DNA from: an uncultured delta proteobacterium | GTDB taxonomy: Bacteria > Desulfobacterota > Binatia > UBA9968 | Assembly: GCA_963771465.1 (NCBI GenBank) | Contig: CAVYTU010000002.1 | Location: 1-64,000 of the forward strand | Direction of reading: 5' to 3' | Length of the DNA: 64,000 nt | Shown: positions 20,664 through 31,239 of the stretch, piece by piece | How positions within the stretch are numbered: the first letter of the stretch is position 1 | How the letters are laid out: each line of letters begins with the position of its first letter | Made by a program: the position numbers and the translations under genes | The notes under the pieces: model-generated | Database searches by the model: none | Seen by the model: only the letters and a program-made list of their open reading frames with translations | What the model was told of the DNA's origin: nothing

Positions 20664-21416
20664 TCACGCTATTTCCCGACCTAAGCGCAACATGGCCGCC
20701 TTAAGGCTCGAACGCATGCGCTCCAGGGAACGGGCCAAGTCTCCAATCTCGTCGCGCGAGGCTACACACTCTCTGCCGACCGAGGTTTCGAGATCACCCA
20801 TAGTGACCTTGTCGGCGATTTGTGTTAGGCCAACGATGGGGCGAACAATCCAGTGAGCTAACAGAAACGACAGAAGTGCGCCGACGAAGGGAACGAGAGC
20901 AACTATTCCAACAATCGGAACGAGTGCGTGTCGGATCTCTTTTTGCATCGCATCCGCCCAAAAACCCACATGGACGCTGCCCAGCTGTCCCTCTAGAACC
21001 GGCACGGCGGTTTCGTAGACGGTTGCGTCTGCCAGCAATAATTCTCGCCGGTGGATTTGGCGCTTTGCCCCGACAGAAACTTCTTGGCGAAGTTCTTGGG
21101 GAAAAGTTCCAAAGGTCTGAGCGACGATTTCTCCTTGCCTATCTTCGACAAAAGCGTAAGCCACGCCATCGAGAAGGGTATATTTTCTGGCGAGAGCGTG
21201 AAGCGCGAGAAGATTTTTGCCGGCGATATGTCCCGCGGCGGCATCACTGAAGTTGGTGGCTATCGCAAGCGCCCGCCTGTCGAATTGATCTCGCAGCGTG
21301 CCTTGGGTGAGTTGATACACTGCGGCAATCACGAAAACACCCAAGACTAGCATCACGCCTGTATAGATTCCGCCGATCTTCCATTTGAGGCCGACACGTC
21401 GCGATTCCTGATCCAT
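20664..21416 (-). CDS. Membrane sensor: TM, periplasmic domain, TM, HAMP, no output domain
   Basis: IVRPIVGLTQIADKVTMGDL...RDEIGDLARSLERMRSSL then stop. Confidence 0.85.
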   Translation of the reverse strand: MDQESRRVGLKWKIGGIYTGVMLVLGVFVIAAVYQLTQGTLRDQFDRRALAIATNFSDAAAGHIAGKNLLALHALARKYTLLDGVAYAFVEDRQGEIVAQTFGTFPQELRQEVSVGAKRQIHRRELLLADATVYETAVPVLEGQLGSVHVGFWADAMQKEIRHALVPIVGIVALVPFVGALLSFLLAHWIVRPIVGLTQIADKVTMGDLETSVGRECVASRDEIGDLARSLERMRSSLKAAMLRLGREIA

Positions 21417-21473
21417 ATTTCACTCCTATGATAAAGGTGCTCACATCGTTTTGAGAGTGGCAATTTCGTGTCA

Positions 21474-22688
21474 TCATTTTTTTTTGAAACGGGCTCTCAT
21501 GGTCTCATTCAAGATTTCTCCGCTGACCCGCACGATCAGCTCCGCGAGCTTTCCCTGCGGGAATGCATGGCGGGATTCGCCGAGGGCAGAAATTTGATCG
21601 CCCAGAATTCGATTGGCCATCGGCCCCATTGCTTCGGTGGCTGCATGGGTCATACGATCAAAAAATTGCAGAGAGACGGCGGGTCCTTTCGTGGCAATCC
21701 GGGACAGCGATACGCGCTCGGACTCGCGAAGAGGAATGGCGGGTGTTTCAGGCCGACCGTTCGTGTTCGCCTCGGTACCGTTAGTTTCAGAGCGCTTTGG
21801 GTTGATTCTTGAAATTGGAGCAGTTTTCATCCTGAGCAATCCAGCCTCCGAGGCTCCCATCTTTGCAGTTTCGTTACCTTGCTCCAACAATAGACCCCCG
21901 GCTGCCTTCATGAGCATATAGGGGGAGACCTTCTTTCTGCCTGTCACGCCGGCCATGGCCAGTGAGGCATCACAGAGGATATTAATCAGTCGCGGCGTTC
22001 CTCCCGAATAATGCAAGACCGCCTCGACCGCTTCTTTAGTAAAAATCTCTGGACCGTCATAACCTACGATCTGGAGACGGTGACGAATATAGTGGTCTAC
22101 CTCACTGGTCGTCTGCAAAGAGCACAGACGATGATGAATCGCGATTCTTTGCTTGATGCGGCGCAGAGAGGGTTTGCTCAATTTAGTCAGCAATTCCGGT
22201 TGCCCCACGAGCACGATCTGGAGCAGTTTATCCTCATCGGTCTCCAAGTTTGACAGATCGCATAGACCTTCCAACGCTTCATCGCTAAGCTTTTGGGCTT
22301 CATCGATAAGCAGGGCCACGGTGCGACCTATCCTTAACTGCTGAATAAGATAGTTATTCAAATCCTGAATCATCTCTAATCGGTTTTTTTCTTTGTTGCT
22401 TAGTCCCACATTCTGGACCATCAACTCCGTTAGTCCATAGGAAGTGAGATGACTATTTGAAACAAAAACAAAGTGAACGCGCGCCTCGATATGACGCATG
22501 AGCTTACGTAAAAGGATCGTTTTACCCGTTCCCACTTCTCCCGTGACAAGCATAAAACCCTTTTTGCTTTCAATTCCGTGAACAAGCGCCGCCAAACCCT
22601 CAAGGTACAGAGGGTGGCCATAAAAAAACCTCGGGTCCGGCGTTGCCCCGAAGGGCGTTTCTCGAAACCCAAATTGACTTTCAAACAT
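21474..22688 (-). CDS. ExeA/GspA-family AAA+ ATPase with extra C-terminal helical domain
   Basis: FGFRETPFGATPDPRFFY, GEVGTGKT, LLIDEAQ, LVGQPEL, SGGTPRLINILCD; start could be upstream (22724 or 22772). Confidence 0.9.
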   Translation of the reverse strand: MFESQFGFRETPFGATPDPRFFYGHPLYLEGLAALVHGIESKKGFMLVTGEVGTGKTILLRKLMRHIEARVHFVFVSNSHLTSYGLTELMVQNVGLSNKEKNRLEMIQDLNNYLIQQLRIGRTVALLIDEAQKLSDEALEGLCDLSNLETDEDKLLQIVLVGQPELLTKLSKPSLRRIKQRIAIHHRLCSLQTTSEVDHYIRHRLQIVGYDGPEIFTKEAVEAVLHYSGGTPRLINILCDASLAMAGVTGRKKVSPYMLMKAAGGLLLEQGNETAKMGASEAGLLRMKTAPISRINPKRSETNGTEANTNGRPETPAIPLRESERVSLSRIATKGPAVSLQFFDRMTHAATEAMGPMANRILGDQISALGESRHAFPQGKLAELIVRVSGEILNETMRARFKKK

Positions 22689-23000
22689 GGCTTTGCGTTC
22701 TTGAGAGCTGGGAAACTCCATCATTTGCTTACCCTCCGCTTGAAAGTGGCCCTCGCCATCCGATTTTGACAAATTTCACCCTTGCCGTGTCCAACCTATT
22801 GGGACACGCCGGAAGTTCCTGCGCAATAAAATGATTGTCGTGACGAAGATGGTGCGAACAGGAGCAAGTTGTAATTTTTCAATTTAGTTTTGTCAAGACA
22901 AAAACTCGTCACAACAATAAAAAAAATTGCGATAAGCACTGCGCATCTGTTTATAGTGCTGTGGATGATGTCGATAAGAACGCGTGTTGTCTGCACAACT

Positions 23001-23028
23001 AAACTTATCCACAGATGTGGATAAGTTT
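23001..23028. promoter_or_regulatory. Two inverted consensus DnaA boxes forming a palindrome
   Basis: aaacTTATCCACAgaTGTGGATAAgttt. Confidence 0.6.
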
Positions 23029-23307
23029 TGCCCGCCGCAGAGTTTTTTTTCTTCTAAAAATTTCTCAAGCCATTACGTTGGCTGAACACCGCCAATTTTC
23101 GTCTTGCTGTAAACGGCAAGGTATTCACTGATTGGTGGATTGCCGTGCATTTTTCACAACGCTCTGTTTTCAAAAATGCTTTGGTGTTTCGCTGATGTTT
23201 CGTGAGCCACCGGCCCGTATGATGTGATGAAATCTCGAAGGGAGGCAAACCTCGAGTTCAGTAATTTTAGAGTGATTCGCCTTCTGAAGGTTAGATCCTC
23301 GTGGAGG

Positions 23308-23490
23308 TCACTCTTGAGTCTGGACTTTTGAACCGCTTTCACATGAGCAGGGTGGGTTACGTCCAAGTTTCTGTTCGACTCTCCGTGGAGTCAATAAACG
23401 TTCCATATCGATGATAGCCTTCGGCTTATCCGGTTCCAGTTTGAACTTGAAACTCCAACCCTTTTCTTTAAACAGAGCAGTACGCTGACG
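23308..23490 (-). pseudogene. Remnant of a SWIM/SEC-C (PBPRA1643-like) protein
   Basis: KGWSFKFKLEPDKPKAIIDMERLL...KLGRNPPCSCESG degenerate SEC-C motif. Confidence 0.55.
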
Positions 23491-23497
23491 ACTCGCG

Positions 23498-23590
23498 GTG
23501 GAGTCCACGATGCTAACCTGTGTGCTGGTGCGCCGGCGAGGATACAGCGTGAAGGAAGTGGCGGAGTATTTTGGGCGGGACGCTGCCTAT
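23498..23590 (+). mobile_element. Fragment resembling the C-terminal HTH of REP-associated tyrosine transposases
   Basis: MLTCVLVRRRGYSVKEVAEYFGRDAA; no catalytic part present. Confidence 0.4.
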
Positions 23591-23821
23591 AATTCGGAAA
23601 CGTTTAGCGCGCAACAGCTGCACGCTTTCGCAATTGCAAAAACTAAAATATCAGCGGCAACAACTAAACAAACTGAGCCAGCAGGTCGACGCCTTTGCTG
23701 AGCTTTGGCTGGTTTTGCTTCTTCTCGTAGCGGTTGGCCAAGGAACTGACCGTCGTGGCGGCCGCGAGAGCAACTCGGTGAATTTTCTTTTGGCGCTCGG
23801 GCGGGGTCGACTCTCGATCGA

Positions 23822-24379
23822 CTAAATCTTCCCTTGCAAGCGAAGATCTTCGATCCTTTGCCGAACAGTTTCGCCCAAATCGGTGGTTGGTAATCCATCT
23901 GGGAGCTGAACGGACTCGGCGCCGAGCTGGGTCAATTTCTGATTGAGCGCGTGCAGGCTCGAGCGAATCCGCTCGTGTTCCTGCAAGTATTGGCGGCAGG
24001 CGAGGATATTGTCGTCGATCTCTTCGAGGCACTTGCTCAACCGGCGGCTTTCTTGACTGAAAGTCTGGCGCAGGTGTTCGACGTTGGCTTGCACGATTTG
24101 CTCTTCGACCGGCCGTATCTGTTTGGCGATCTCATTTTTCATGTCCTGCAACGCTTGTAATAGGCGCTCGTAAGATTGTTCTTCCCTCATAAGATCCTCC
24201 GGTAGTTGAATTCGTGGTTCGCTGGTTGCAACGTAGTGCCGCGCCAAGGCCTCCGACACGCGCTTTTTGACCAACGTCAGAGCCGCTTGCGTGCTGCGGA
24301 TGCGCTCGTCGACCCGCCGGTCGTCGTCGAGAAGCTTGACTAGTTGTTCGACAGGTTCGGTTGCACTTGTCATCGTCAC
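23822..24379 (-). CDS. Coiled-coil hypothetical protein
   Basis: 185 aa heptad-rich ORF with host-like codon usage. Confidence 0.8.
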   Translation of the reverse strand: MTMTSATEPVEQLVKLLDDDRRVDERIRSTQAALTLVKKRVSEALARHYVATSEPRIQLPEDLMREEQSYERLLQALQDMKNEIAKQIRPVEEQIVQANVEHLRQTFSQESRRLSKCLEEIDDNILACRQYLQEHERIRSSLHALNQKLTQLGAESVQLPDGLPTTDLGETVRQRIEDLRLQGKI

Positions 24380-24582
24380 TTACCTAGACGCTTCAGCCAA
24401 CAACATCCACGCTGCGGCGCGAGCACGCATCAACTATTATCCAGTCCAAAGCTAAACTTCAAGCATTCGAGTAAGCGCTTAGCCCGACGAAGTCGCGGTA
24501 GCGACGCGGTGCAATCGAGACAAATTAGGAAGAAAAATGGATGCTGTCGACGACCTTTGGCGTGTGAGCCCACGCCTAATCG

Positions 24583-24930
24583 TCAACTCTTGGTGGGAGT
24601 CTTGGGCTCGCTCAGTTGGCGCTTCCAGCCCAGGGTGCGCGCCTTGGCGGCGATCTCCTCAGCTTCGGCGATCAAGCCCTTTTGCTGGTAAAAGATCGAT
24701 AGGCTCGTGTAGGCGAGTTCATCTTCCGGTGCCGCTTCGATGAGACGTTTGCCAATCTCGATTGCCTGGTCGACCTTTTCCTGGTGCGCGTAGGTCATCG
24801 CCAAAGCGTGCAACGCGTCAGCATAGTTCGGGTCGTCATCGAGGGCGCGAAGATAGGCCGCAACCGCATCGTCCAGTCGGTCTTGAGCGAAGTGCTCCAT
24901 GCCTTGATTGTAGAAATCTTCTTTGCTCAC
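24583..24930 (-). CDS. Tetratricopeptide repeat protein
   Basis: YNQGMEHF...AVAAYLRAL..DPNYADALHALAMTY. Confidence 0.8.
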   Translation of the reverse strand: MSKEDFYNQGMEHFAQDRLDDAVAAYLRALDDDPNYADALHALAMTYAHQEKVDQAIEIGKRLIEAAPEDELAYTSLSIFYQQKGLIAEAEEIAAKARTLGWKRQLSEPKTPTKS

Positions 24931-24943
24931 AATATTTGCCGGT

Positions 24944-26062
24944 TCACTTGGGCGGCGGCGAGCCATCAACGACGGTTTGATCCCGGCGGCACTGTTGCAA
25001 GACAACTTTCTTGAGCATCACCGGATTGACCGGTTTCTTAAAGATCACGCCTTGGAGACCGTCCAAGCAGCTGCGTTTGATGATGTGATCCTTATCGTAG
25101 TTGAACGCGGTCATCAGGACGACGGGGAGGTCCGGCGTACCTTTCTTGACGGTTTGATAAAGTTCATAGCCGTCCATGTCCGGCATGACCACGTCGCTTA
25201 ACACCAAGTCAAAACGCTCGCGCTCGAGCCACTCCATCGCATACACACCCGAAGCGGCGGTTTCAATGCAACAGCGTTCCGCTTCCAGGAGATCTTTGAG
25301 CGACTGGCAGATATTGGCGTCGTCGTCGACGACCAAAACTTTCAAACCACTCAGCGGAAAGCGTTCGTCGGGATTGGCGCGTTCGCATGGCTTGGCGTCA
25401 TCGTCAACCCGCAAGTCGGTCATCATCTTGCCGTTGAAATATTCTTTGGTGCCGTACTCGCCTTCCTCGGCCATCTCACTGATACGGCCGGTGATGTCTT
25501 GAATTTTATTCACTTGCGAGGCGACCGAATCGAGCCGGTCCGACTCGACGATGAAATCCTCGTCGCTCGCCGTGCGGGTGACGAACTTTCGCAACATCTC
25601 GGTCTGGTTGACCAAAACTTCGAGGGCATTATTGATTTCATGCGACAAGCCGATGGCGATTTCGGCCAGCGTGACCAGCTGGTCGCGCCGCCGGATGACG
25701 CGCAAGTCCTTAGCGAATCCGATGGAGCCGATCTCGTTGCCCAACTCGTCGTAGGTGATCGACGCCGATATGGCGACGGGGATTTTTTCACCTTTTTTAG
25801 TTTTGAAGACGGTCTCGAAATTTCGCACCCGTCCCTTGCCCTCGCCGGCATCGGCGCGCATCGCGGTCATCACCCGCCGCGCTTCTTCCAGGCTCGGATA
25901 AATTTCCAAGACGTTCTTGCCTAGCACTTCTTCGTATGAGAAACCGAGATTTTGCCGTGCGCCGTCGTTGTAGAACGTGATTGTCCCTTGCTTATCGACC
26001 GAAATGATTATATCAGGACAACTCTCGACGAGCTTCTGAAAGTATTGCGCGGGTAAAGCCAT
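24944..26062 (-). CDS. PAS-HisKA-REC signalling protein lacking an HATPase domain
   Basis: PAS (LVESCPDIIISVD), H-box LSHEINNAL, no N/G boxes, receiver (VLVVDDD, DLVLSDVVMPDMDG, KP). Confidence 0.8.
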   Translation of the reverse strand: MALPAQYFQKLVESCPDIIISVDKQGTITFYNDGARQNLGFSYEEVLGKNVLEIYPSLEEARRVMTAMRADAGEGKGRVRNFETVFKTKKGEKIPVAISASITYDELGNEIGSIGFAKDLRVIRRRDQLVTLAEIAIGLSHEINNALEVLVNQTEMLRKFVTRTASDEDFIVESDRLDSVASQVNKIQDITGRISEMAEEGEYGTKEYFNGKMMTDLRVDDDAKPCERANPDERFPLSGLKVLVVDDDANICQSLKDLLEAERCCIETAASGVYAMEWLERERFDLVLSDVVMPDMDGYELYQTVKKGTPDLPVVLMTAFNYDKDHIIKRSCLDGLQGVIFKKPVNPVMLKKVVLQQCRRDQTVVDGSPPPK

Positions 26063-26098
26063 ATGAGGGCTGGTTATTGACGCGTATGATAAGTCGAA

Positions 26099-26114
26099 TG
26101 GCGCTGCTATTGCA
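26099..26114 (+). promoter_or_regulatory. sigma54 promoter upstream of the APC-USP transporter
   Basis: TGGCGCTGCTATTGCA, GG-N10-GC. Confidence 0.55.
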
Positions 26115-26177
26115 AGAGCCCCGCTAAACATCAGCTGCAAGTTTCTCGCACCGATTTAATTTCCTCCCGATCGCCTG

Positions 26178-28017
26178 ATGGAGCCGACGCGCGATACTCG
26201 TCAGTTATCTTGGTTTTTGGCATGGGCGGTGGTGTTCTGTGACATTGGCACCTCGGTTTACTACGTGCCGGGTATCCTCTACGGCAACGTTGGCAACAAC
26301 ACGCCGTTCTTCGTCCTGCTCACGACCCTCGGCTTCATACCGCTCGCTTTAAAATACATCGAGATCAGCTGGCGCAACCCCGAAGGCGGCGGCGTCGTCA
26401 CCATCACCACCAAAGCCTTCGGTCCCATGTGGGGTTGCCTTGGCGGCATGCTGATTATCACCAGCTACTTTTTGACCGCTGCGATTTCTGCCGTCTCCGG
26501 CTTACATTATATCGCCAGCTTGCTCCACTTTATCGATGACCATATCGTCGGGTTGGCCTGCGTGGGCCTATTAGCGTTAGCGGCGTTAAACATCATCGGC
26601 ATTCGCGAGAGCGCTACGGTCGCGCTGCTCATGGCACTGGTGGCCTTTTCAGTCGATATCGTCGTCGTCGTGATCGCGCTTGGACAACTCTCGCCGGCGC
26701 AATGGTGGCAAGTCCTCGGCACCTTCGCTCCGGATCGTTCGATGTCGTTTCACGCTCTCGCCGTCGGTTTCGCCGCCGCTTGGCTGGCGTTCTCTGGGCT
26801 GGAAAGCATCAGCCAGTTGAGTCCGGCAATGAGGCTCCCCTTGCGCCGCACGACGCGCAAGGCGATGTGGTGCGTGATTGTAACAACGCTTTTGACCTCG
26901 CCGTTACTAACTCTGTTTTCGATTCACCTGCTGCCGGCGCAGTTCAAGGAAACCCAGAGCGAGCGATTCATCTCCGAAGTTGCCATGCTCTCCGGCGGAT
27001 TCGGCCTAAAACTTGCCGTGGTCATGAGCGCTTCGATGTTGTTGCTCTTCGCCGCCAATACCGCAATCATCGGCTGCTATCATATCTTCTTGGCGCTGAC
27101 CAAGTTGGAATTTCTGCCGCGGGTTATCGCTTTGCGCAGCGCTCGCTTCAATAGTCCGCATGTCGCCATCGCTATCGCCACCGGGGTTCCGATTGCGGTT
27201 ATCTTAGCCACCCAAGGCCATCTGGCCCTGCTCGGGGAAATGTACGCTTTCGGCCTGCTCGGCGCCTTCGTCTTCTCGTCGCTAAGCCTGGATGTCATTC
27301 GTTGGCGTCTCGGGCGACGCGACTTTGCCTTTTGGATCGGCGTGCTCACCACAGTCATGATCTTGGTCGCCTGGTGTATCAATTTAGTCGAAAAAGAATT
27401 GGCAACGGTGTTCGGCGGCGCGCTGACCGTGTTCGGCATGATCGTCGCCGTCGGTGTGCGCCGCTCCTGGTTTCTCGATCTACTGCACAAAATTCCTTGG
27501 GTTGAACGCCTGCAAGCGCGCGCCTATCGAAGCTTCGGAAGCCTTGGTCGATGATGAGCTCAAGGGCCTCGTCACTCTTGCCGATGCGGTCGAGATTAAA
27601 GTTCTCTACTCTTCCTCCACGCTGATGGCGCTGCGCGGCGAAAATCCCCGCCTACTGCAAGAAGGCATTCGCCGCTCCAAAGGCGCTGGCGAACCCGCGC
27701 TTTATTGCGTGTATGTCGAGGAATGGCCCGGACTATTTCACGGCCACACGCCCCATCGGCCCAACGAAGAAGGGGTGCGAACCTTGCGCGCCGCAATACA
27801 GGAAGTGCGCGGAAAAAATATCGAAGCAATCCCGATCTGGATGGTATCGCACAACGCCGCCGAGGCGATTGCCAACGCTGCCAAGGCCCTCGACGTCGAT
27901 ACCGTTATGATCGGTGCCAGCCGGCGCTCGGCGTTTTACCACATGCTTCGCGGCCACGTGATCAAAGGGTTGATTAAGACATTGCCCCGCGATTGTCACT
28001 TGATGATTTTCAACTAG
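26178..28017 (+). CDS. APC-family permease with C-terminal universal stress domain (one frameshift near 27530)
   Basis: DIGTSVYYVPG, PEGGGVV, AFSGLESISQL; AAEAIANAAKALDVDTVMIG...LRGHVI. Confidence 0.85.
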
Positions 28018-28095
28018 AATTTTCGCGCCGTTTGAATTCTAAGCCACCGTGCTTGATATTGTCATAGCGGCGCATCTATTCATAATTACCACTGC

Positions 28096-29938
28096 ATGCA
28101 ACCGACAAAAGATACTCGACAACTCAACTGGTTTTTGGCGTGGGCCGTAGTTTTTTGTGATATCGGCACTTCGGTTTACTACGTCCCGGGTATTCTCTAC
28201 GGCCATGTTAAAGACGCCACGCCGTTCTTCGTCCTGCTCACCACGGGCGGTTTTATTCTCCTATCGCTGAAATACATCGAAATTTCCTGGCGCAATCCTG
28301 AAGGCGGCGGCGTGGTGACGATTACGACCAAGGCTTTCGGCCCCATGTGGGGCTGTCTTGGCGGCATGCTGATCACCGTCGATTATTTTCTTACCACAGC
28401 GATCTCGGCGGTTGCGGGTTTTCAATACATCGGCAGCGTTGTTTCCGGCATCGATGCCCACATTGTTTTGTTCTCCTGTGTCGGTGTCGGGGTATTCGCC
28501 GCGCTCAACGTCATCGGCATTCGCGAAAGCGCCGCGCGTCGCGTTAGTCATGGCCTGCGCGTCGTTTCTGGTCAATATGTTGGTCATCGTGATCGCCTTG
28601 ATTCACAATGGACGGATGCCAATGGAGCACCGTGATCAGCGGTCTCGGCACCGGCAAAGGCATCTCTAAGTACGAACTGCTGGTTGGATTCTCCTCCGCG
28701 TGGCTGGCGTTTTCCGGCTTGGAAAGCATCAGCCAATTGAGTCCGACGATGAGCTGCCGCTGCGGCGCACCACGCGCTGGGCGATGGCCGCCGTGATGGT
28801 CACCATGGTGATTACATCGCCCGTGCTAACCGCGCTTTCCATCGGACTCTTACCTGAGCATTTCAAAGCGGCGGAAAGCGAACGTTTATTTCCGAGCTTG
28901 GCCGCATCGTCGGCGGTCTCGGCGTCAAGTTCGCCGTGGTGCTAACGGCTTCGAGCTTACTATTGTTTGCCAGCAACACCGCCATCATCGGCTCCTACCA
29001 TGTATTTCTCGCTCTAGTTAAGCGGCGGATTCTTACCCCGGGATCATCGCCATGCGCAACCCCGCGTTCAACACGCCGCACATCGCCGTCGTATGGCAAC
29101 GATCGTACCGATGTTCGTCATCCTGCTCAGCCGCGGACAAATGAAAATACTCGGGCGACATGTACGCCTTCGGCCTCCTCGGCGCATTTGTGTTTTCTTC
29201 CTTGAGTCTCGATTCCATCCGCTGGCGTCTTGGCCGGCGCGATATCGGTTTTTGGATCGGCGTGTTCACAACTTGATGGTCATGGTCGCTTGGGCGATCA
29301 ATATCGTCGAAAAGCAGCTGGCGACTTATTTCGGTGGCGCCGTTACGTTCATTGGCATGCTTACGGCGGTCGGAGTGCGCCGCGCATGGTTTGTCGATAT
29401 CCTCGTGCGTATTCCCTACATCCAGCGGCTCCAAGCGCGCGCCTATCGCGCCTCGGAAGATTTGGTCGAAGACGAGCTGAAAGGGTTGATGACCCTGGCC
29501 GAAGCGGTGGAAGTCAAACCGTTCTACTCGTCGTCGACCCTGCTCGCCTTGCGCGATCGAAAGCCCGCGCCTGATACAAGAAGGCGGTCACCCGTGTCAA
29601 AGGCAAAGGAGAAACGGCGCTGTACTGTATCTACGTCGAAGAATGGCCGGGGCTGTTCGCCGGCGACAACACCGCACGCGCCCAATGAACAAGGAGTCAA
29701 ACTCTCAAGGCGGTACTCCAGGCGGTACGCGAAAAAGGCTTCGAAATTATTCCGATCTGGACGGTATCGCACAATGCCGCGGAAGCGATCGCCAACGCCG
29801 CAAAAGCGCTAGATGTCGACTCGGTGATCATCGGCGCAGTCGCGCCGCTCGGCTTTCTATCACATGCTGCGTGGCCACGTGATCAAAGGCCTGATGAAAA
29901 AGCTGCCGCGCGACTGCCACTTGATGATTTGTAATTGA
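28096..29938 (+). CDS. Second APC permease-USP paralog (multiple frameshifts)
   Basis: Same motifs across shifting frames, ends LPRDCHLMICN*. Confidence 0.8.
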
Positions 29939-30048
29939 ATTCACCTCTGCAAGAGTTGAGGTGAATTCATCCTGAGCGTCCAGCGAAGGATCTTGGCAGG
30001 GCAAGTATATACGCGAATCCTGGTAGGCGAATACGTCACGCTTCCGTA

Positions 30049-31239
30049 TCAAGATTTATATTCGATGACGTCGAGGCCGCGCTCCTTGTCGGTCACCCAC
30101 AAAAGTCCGCGGTCGTCCTTGAAAACGTCGTTGGTCAGCGGCGCCGCAACGCCATCCCCGGGTTTGGGAATGAAGTAGCCACGCTCCTTGGGGTTCGCCG
30201 GATCGTTGATGTCGATGATGCGCAGCCCGCCGGCGAACCAGGTGACGTAAAGCAGATTGTCCTCGTCCACGTGCTCGCGCAGCTGATGCGTGCCGAATCG
30301 CACCTTGCCTGCGGGATAAGGCGTCGCGGCCTCCGCCAGATAGTACGAGTGGAGCAACTTCGGTTGGGTCGGATCGCTCACATCCCAGGTGCGCAGCGGC
30401 GCGTGCGGCTGGCCGGCATCGGCGCCCCGGTGCGAGCGTTCTTCCTCCGTCGAAACGGCGATATGCTTGCCGCCGATCGGATGCGGCACCTTGAGGAAAG
30501 TATGAGTCGGTTCGGGGCAGGCCGGGTCATACTCGTAACGGGAAAGCGTGCGCGGCGAGTTGATGTCGCTCACGTCGATGATCGAGATGCCCGACATCCA
30601 GCAACCGGCATACATCTCGGTGCCGCAGCGCAGCGCATGGTGCAGGCGGTGCTGGGCCCGCTTCGGGTGCGGCTCGTCGCCGCCCGCAACGTTCTGTCGC
30701 TCCATCGACCAGCGCGAGACCTCCACCGGCTTGGACGGATTGCGGATATCGTAGATGACGAGAATATTACCGACGAAGCCCTCCATCTCGGTCGAGATAT
30801 AGGCGTAGTTCTCGTCGACAGCGAAACGATGCACACCCTTGCCGTGGGTTTTCACGAAGGTCACGAGCTTGGGATCGGTCCTGTCCTTGACGTCATAGAT
30901 ACGAAAGCCGCCGTCAGGGTATTCCTCACGGCGGGCACCGGGGCCGTGCTCGAACTCGGAATTAACGATCATCAGATCGCCAATGACCCGCGCCTTGTGC
31001 GAGTGCGACCATGGGTGGCTCGGCGTCAGTGTGCTAAGAATTTTCGGTTTGCGCGGGTCGGAAATGTCGAGGATCGTCGTTCCCTGCGGCCGGTGCTGAT
31101 GACCCACATAGGCGTAATTCCCGTCGATGACGATCTGTCCTCCACCCGCGAGCTCCATCCGGCAGAGATGGCGAATGTTCGACGATGCGCGCGGCGCCGT
31201 GCCGCTATCGCTTTCAGCGTTGGGCAAAACTTCGGTCAT
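30049..31239 (-). CDS. LVIVD repeat protein
   Basis: Repeated ILDISDPRKP, IYDIRNPSKP, IIDINDPANP units; His-rich. Confidence 0.85.
   Translation of the reverse strand: MTEVLPNAESDSGTAPRASSNIRHLCRMELAGGGQIVIDGNYAYVGHQHRPQGTTILDISDPRKPKILSTLTPSHPWSHSHKARVIGDLMIVNSEFEHGPGARREEYPDGGFRIYDVKDRTDPKLVTFVKTHGKGVHRFAVDENYAYISTEMEGFVGNILVIYDIRNPSKPVEVSRWSMERQNVAGGDEPHPKRAQHRLHHALRCGTEMYAGCWMSGISIIDVSDINSPRTLSRYEYDPACPEPTHTFLKVPHPIGGKHIAVSTEEERSHRGADAGQPHAPLRTWDVSDPTQPKLLHSYYLAEAATPYPAGKVRFGTHQLREHVDEDNLLYVTWFAGGLRIIDINDPANPKERGYFIPKPGDGVAAPLTNDVFKDDRGLLWVTDKERGLDVIEYKS

Noticed and set aside
22900-23060. Chromosomal oriC
   Set aside because: Only two or three boxes and no dnaA, dnaN or gidA context
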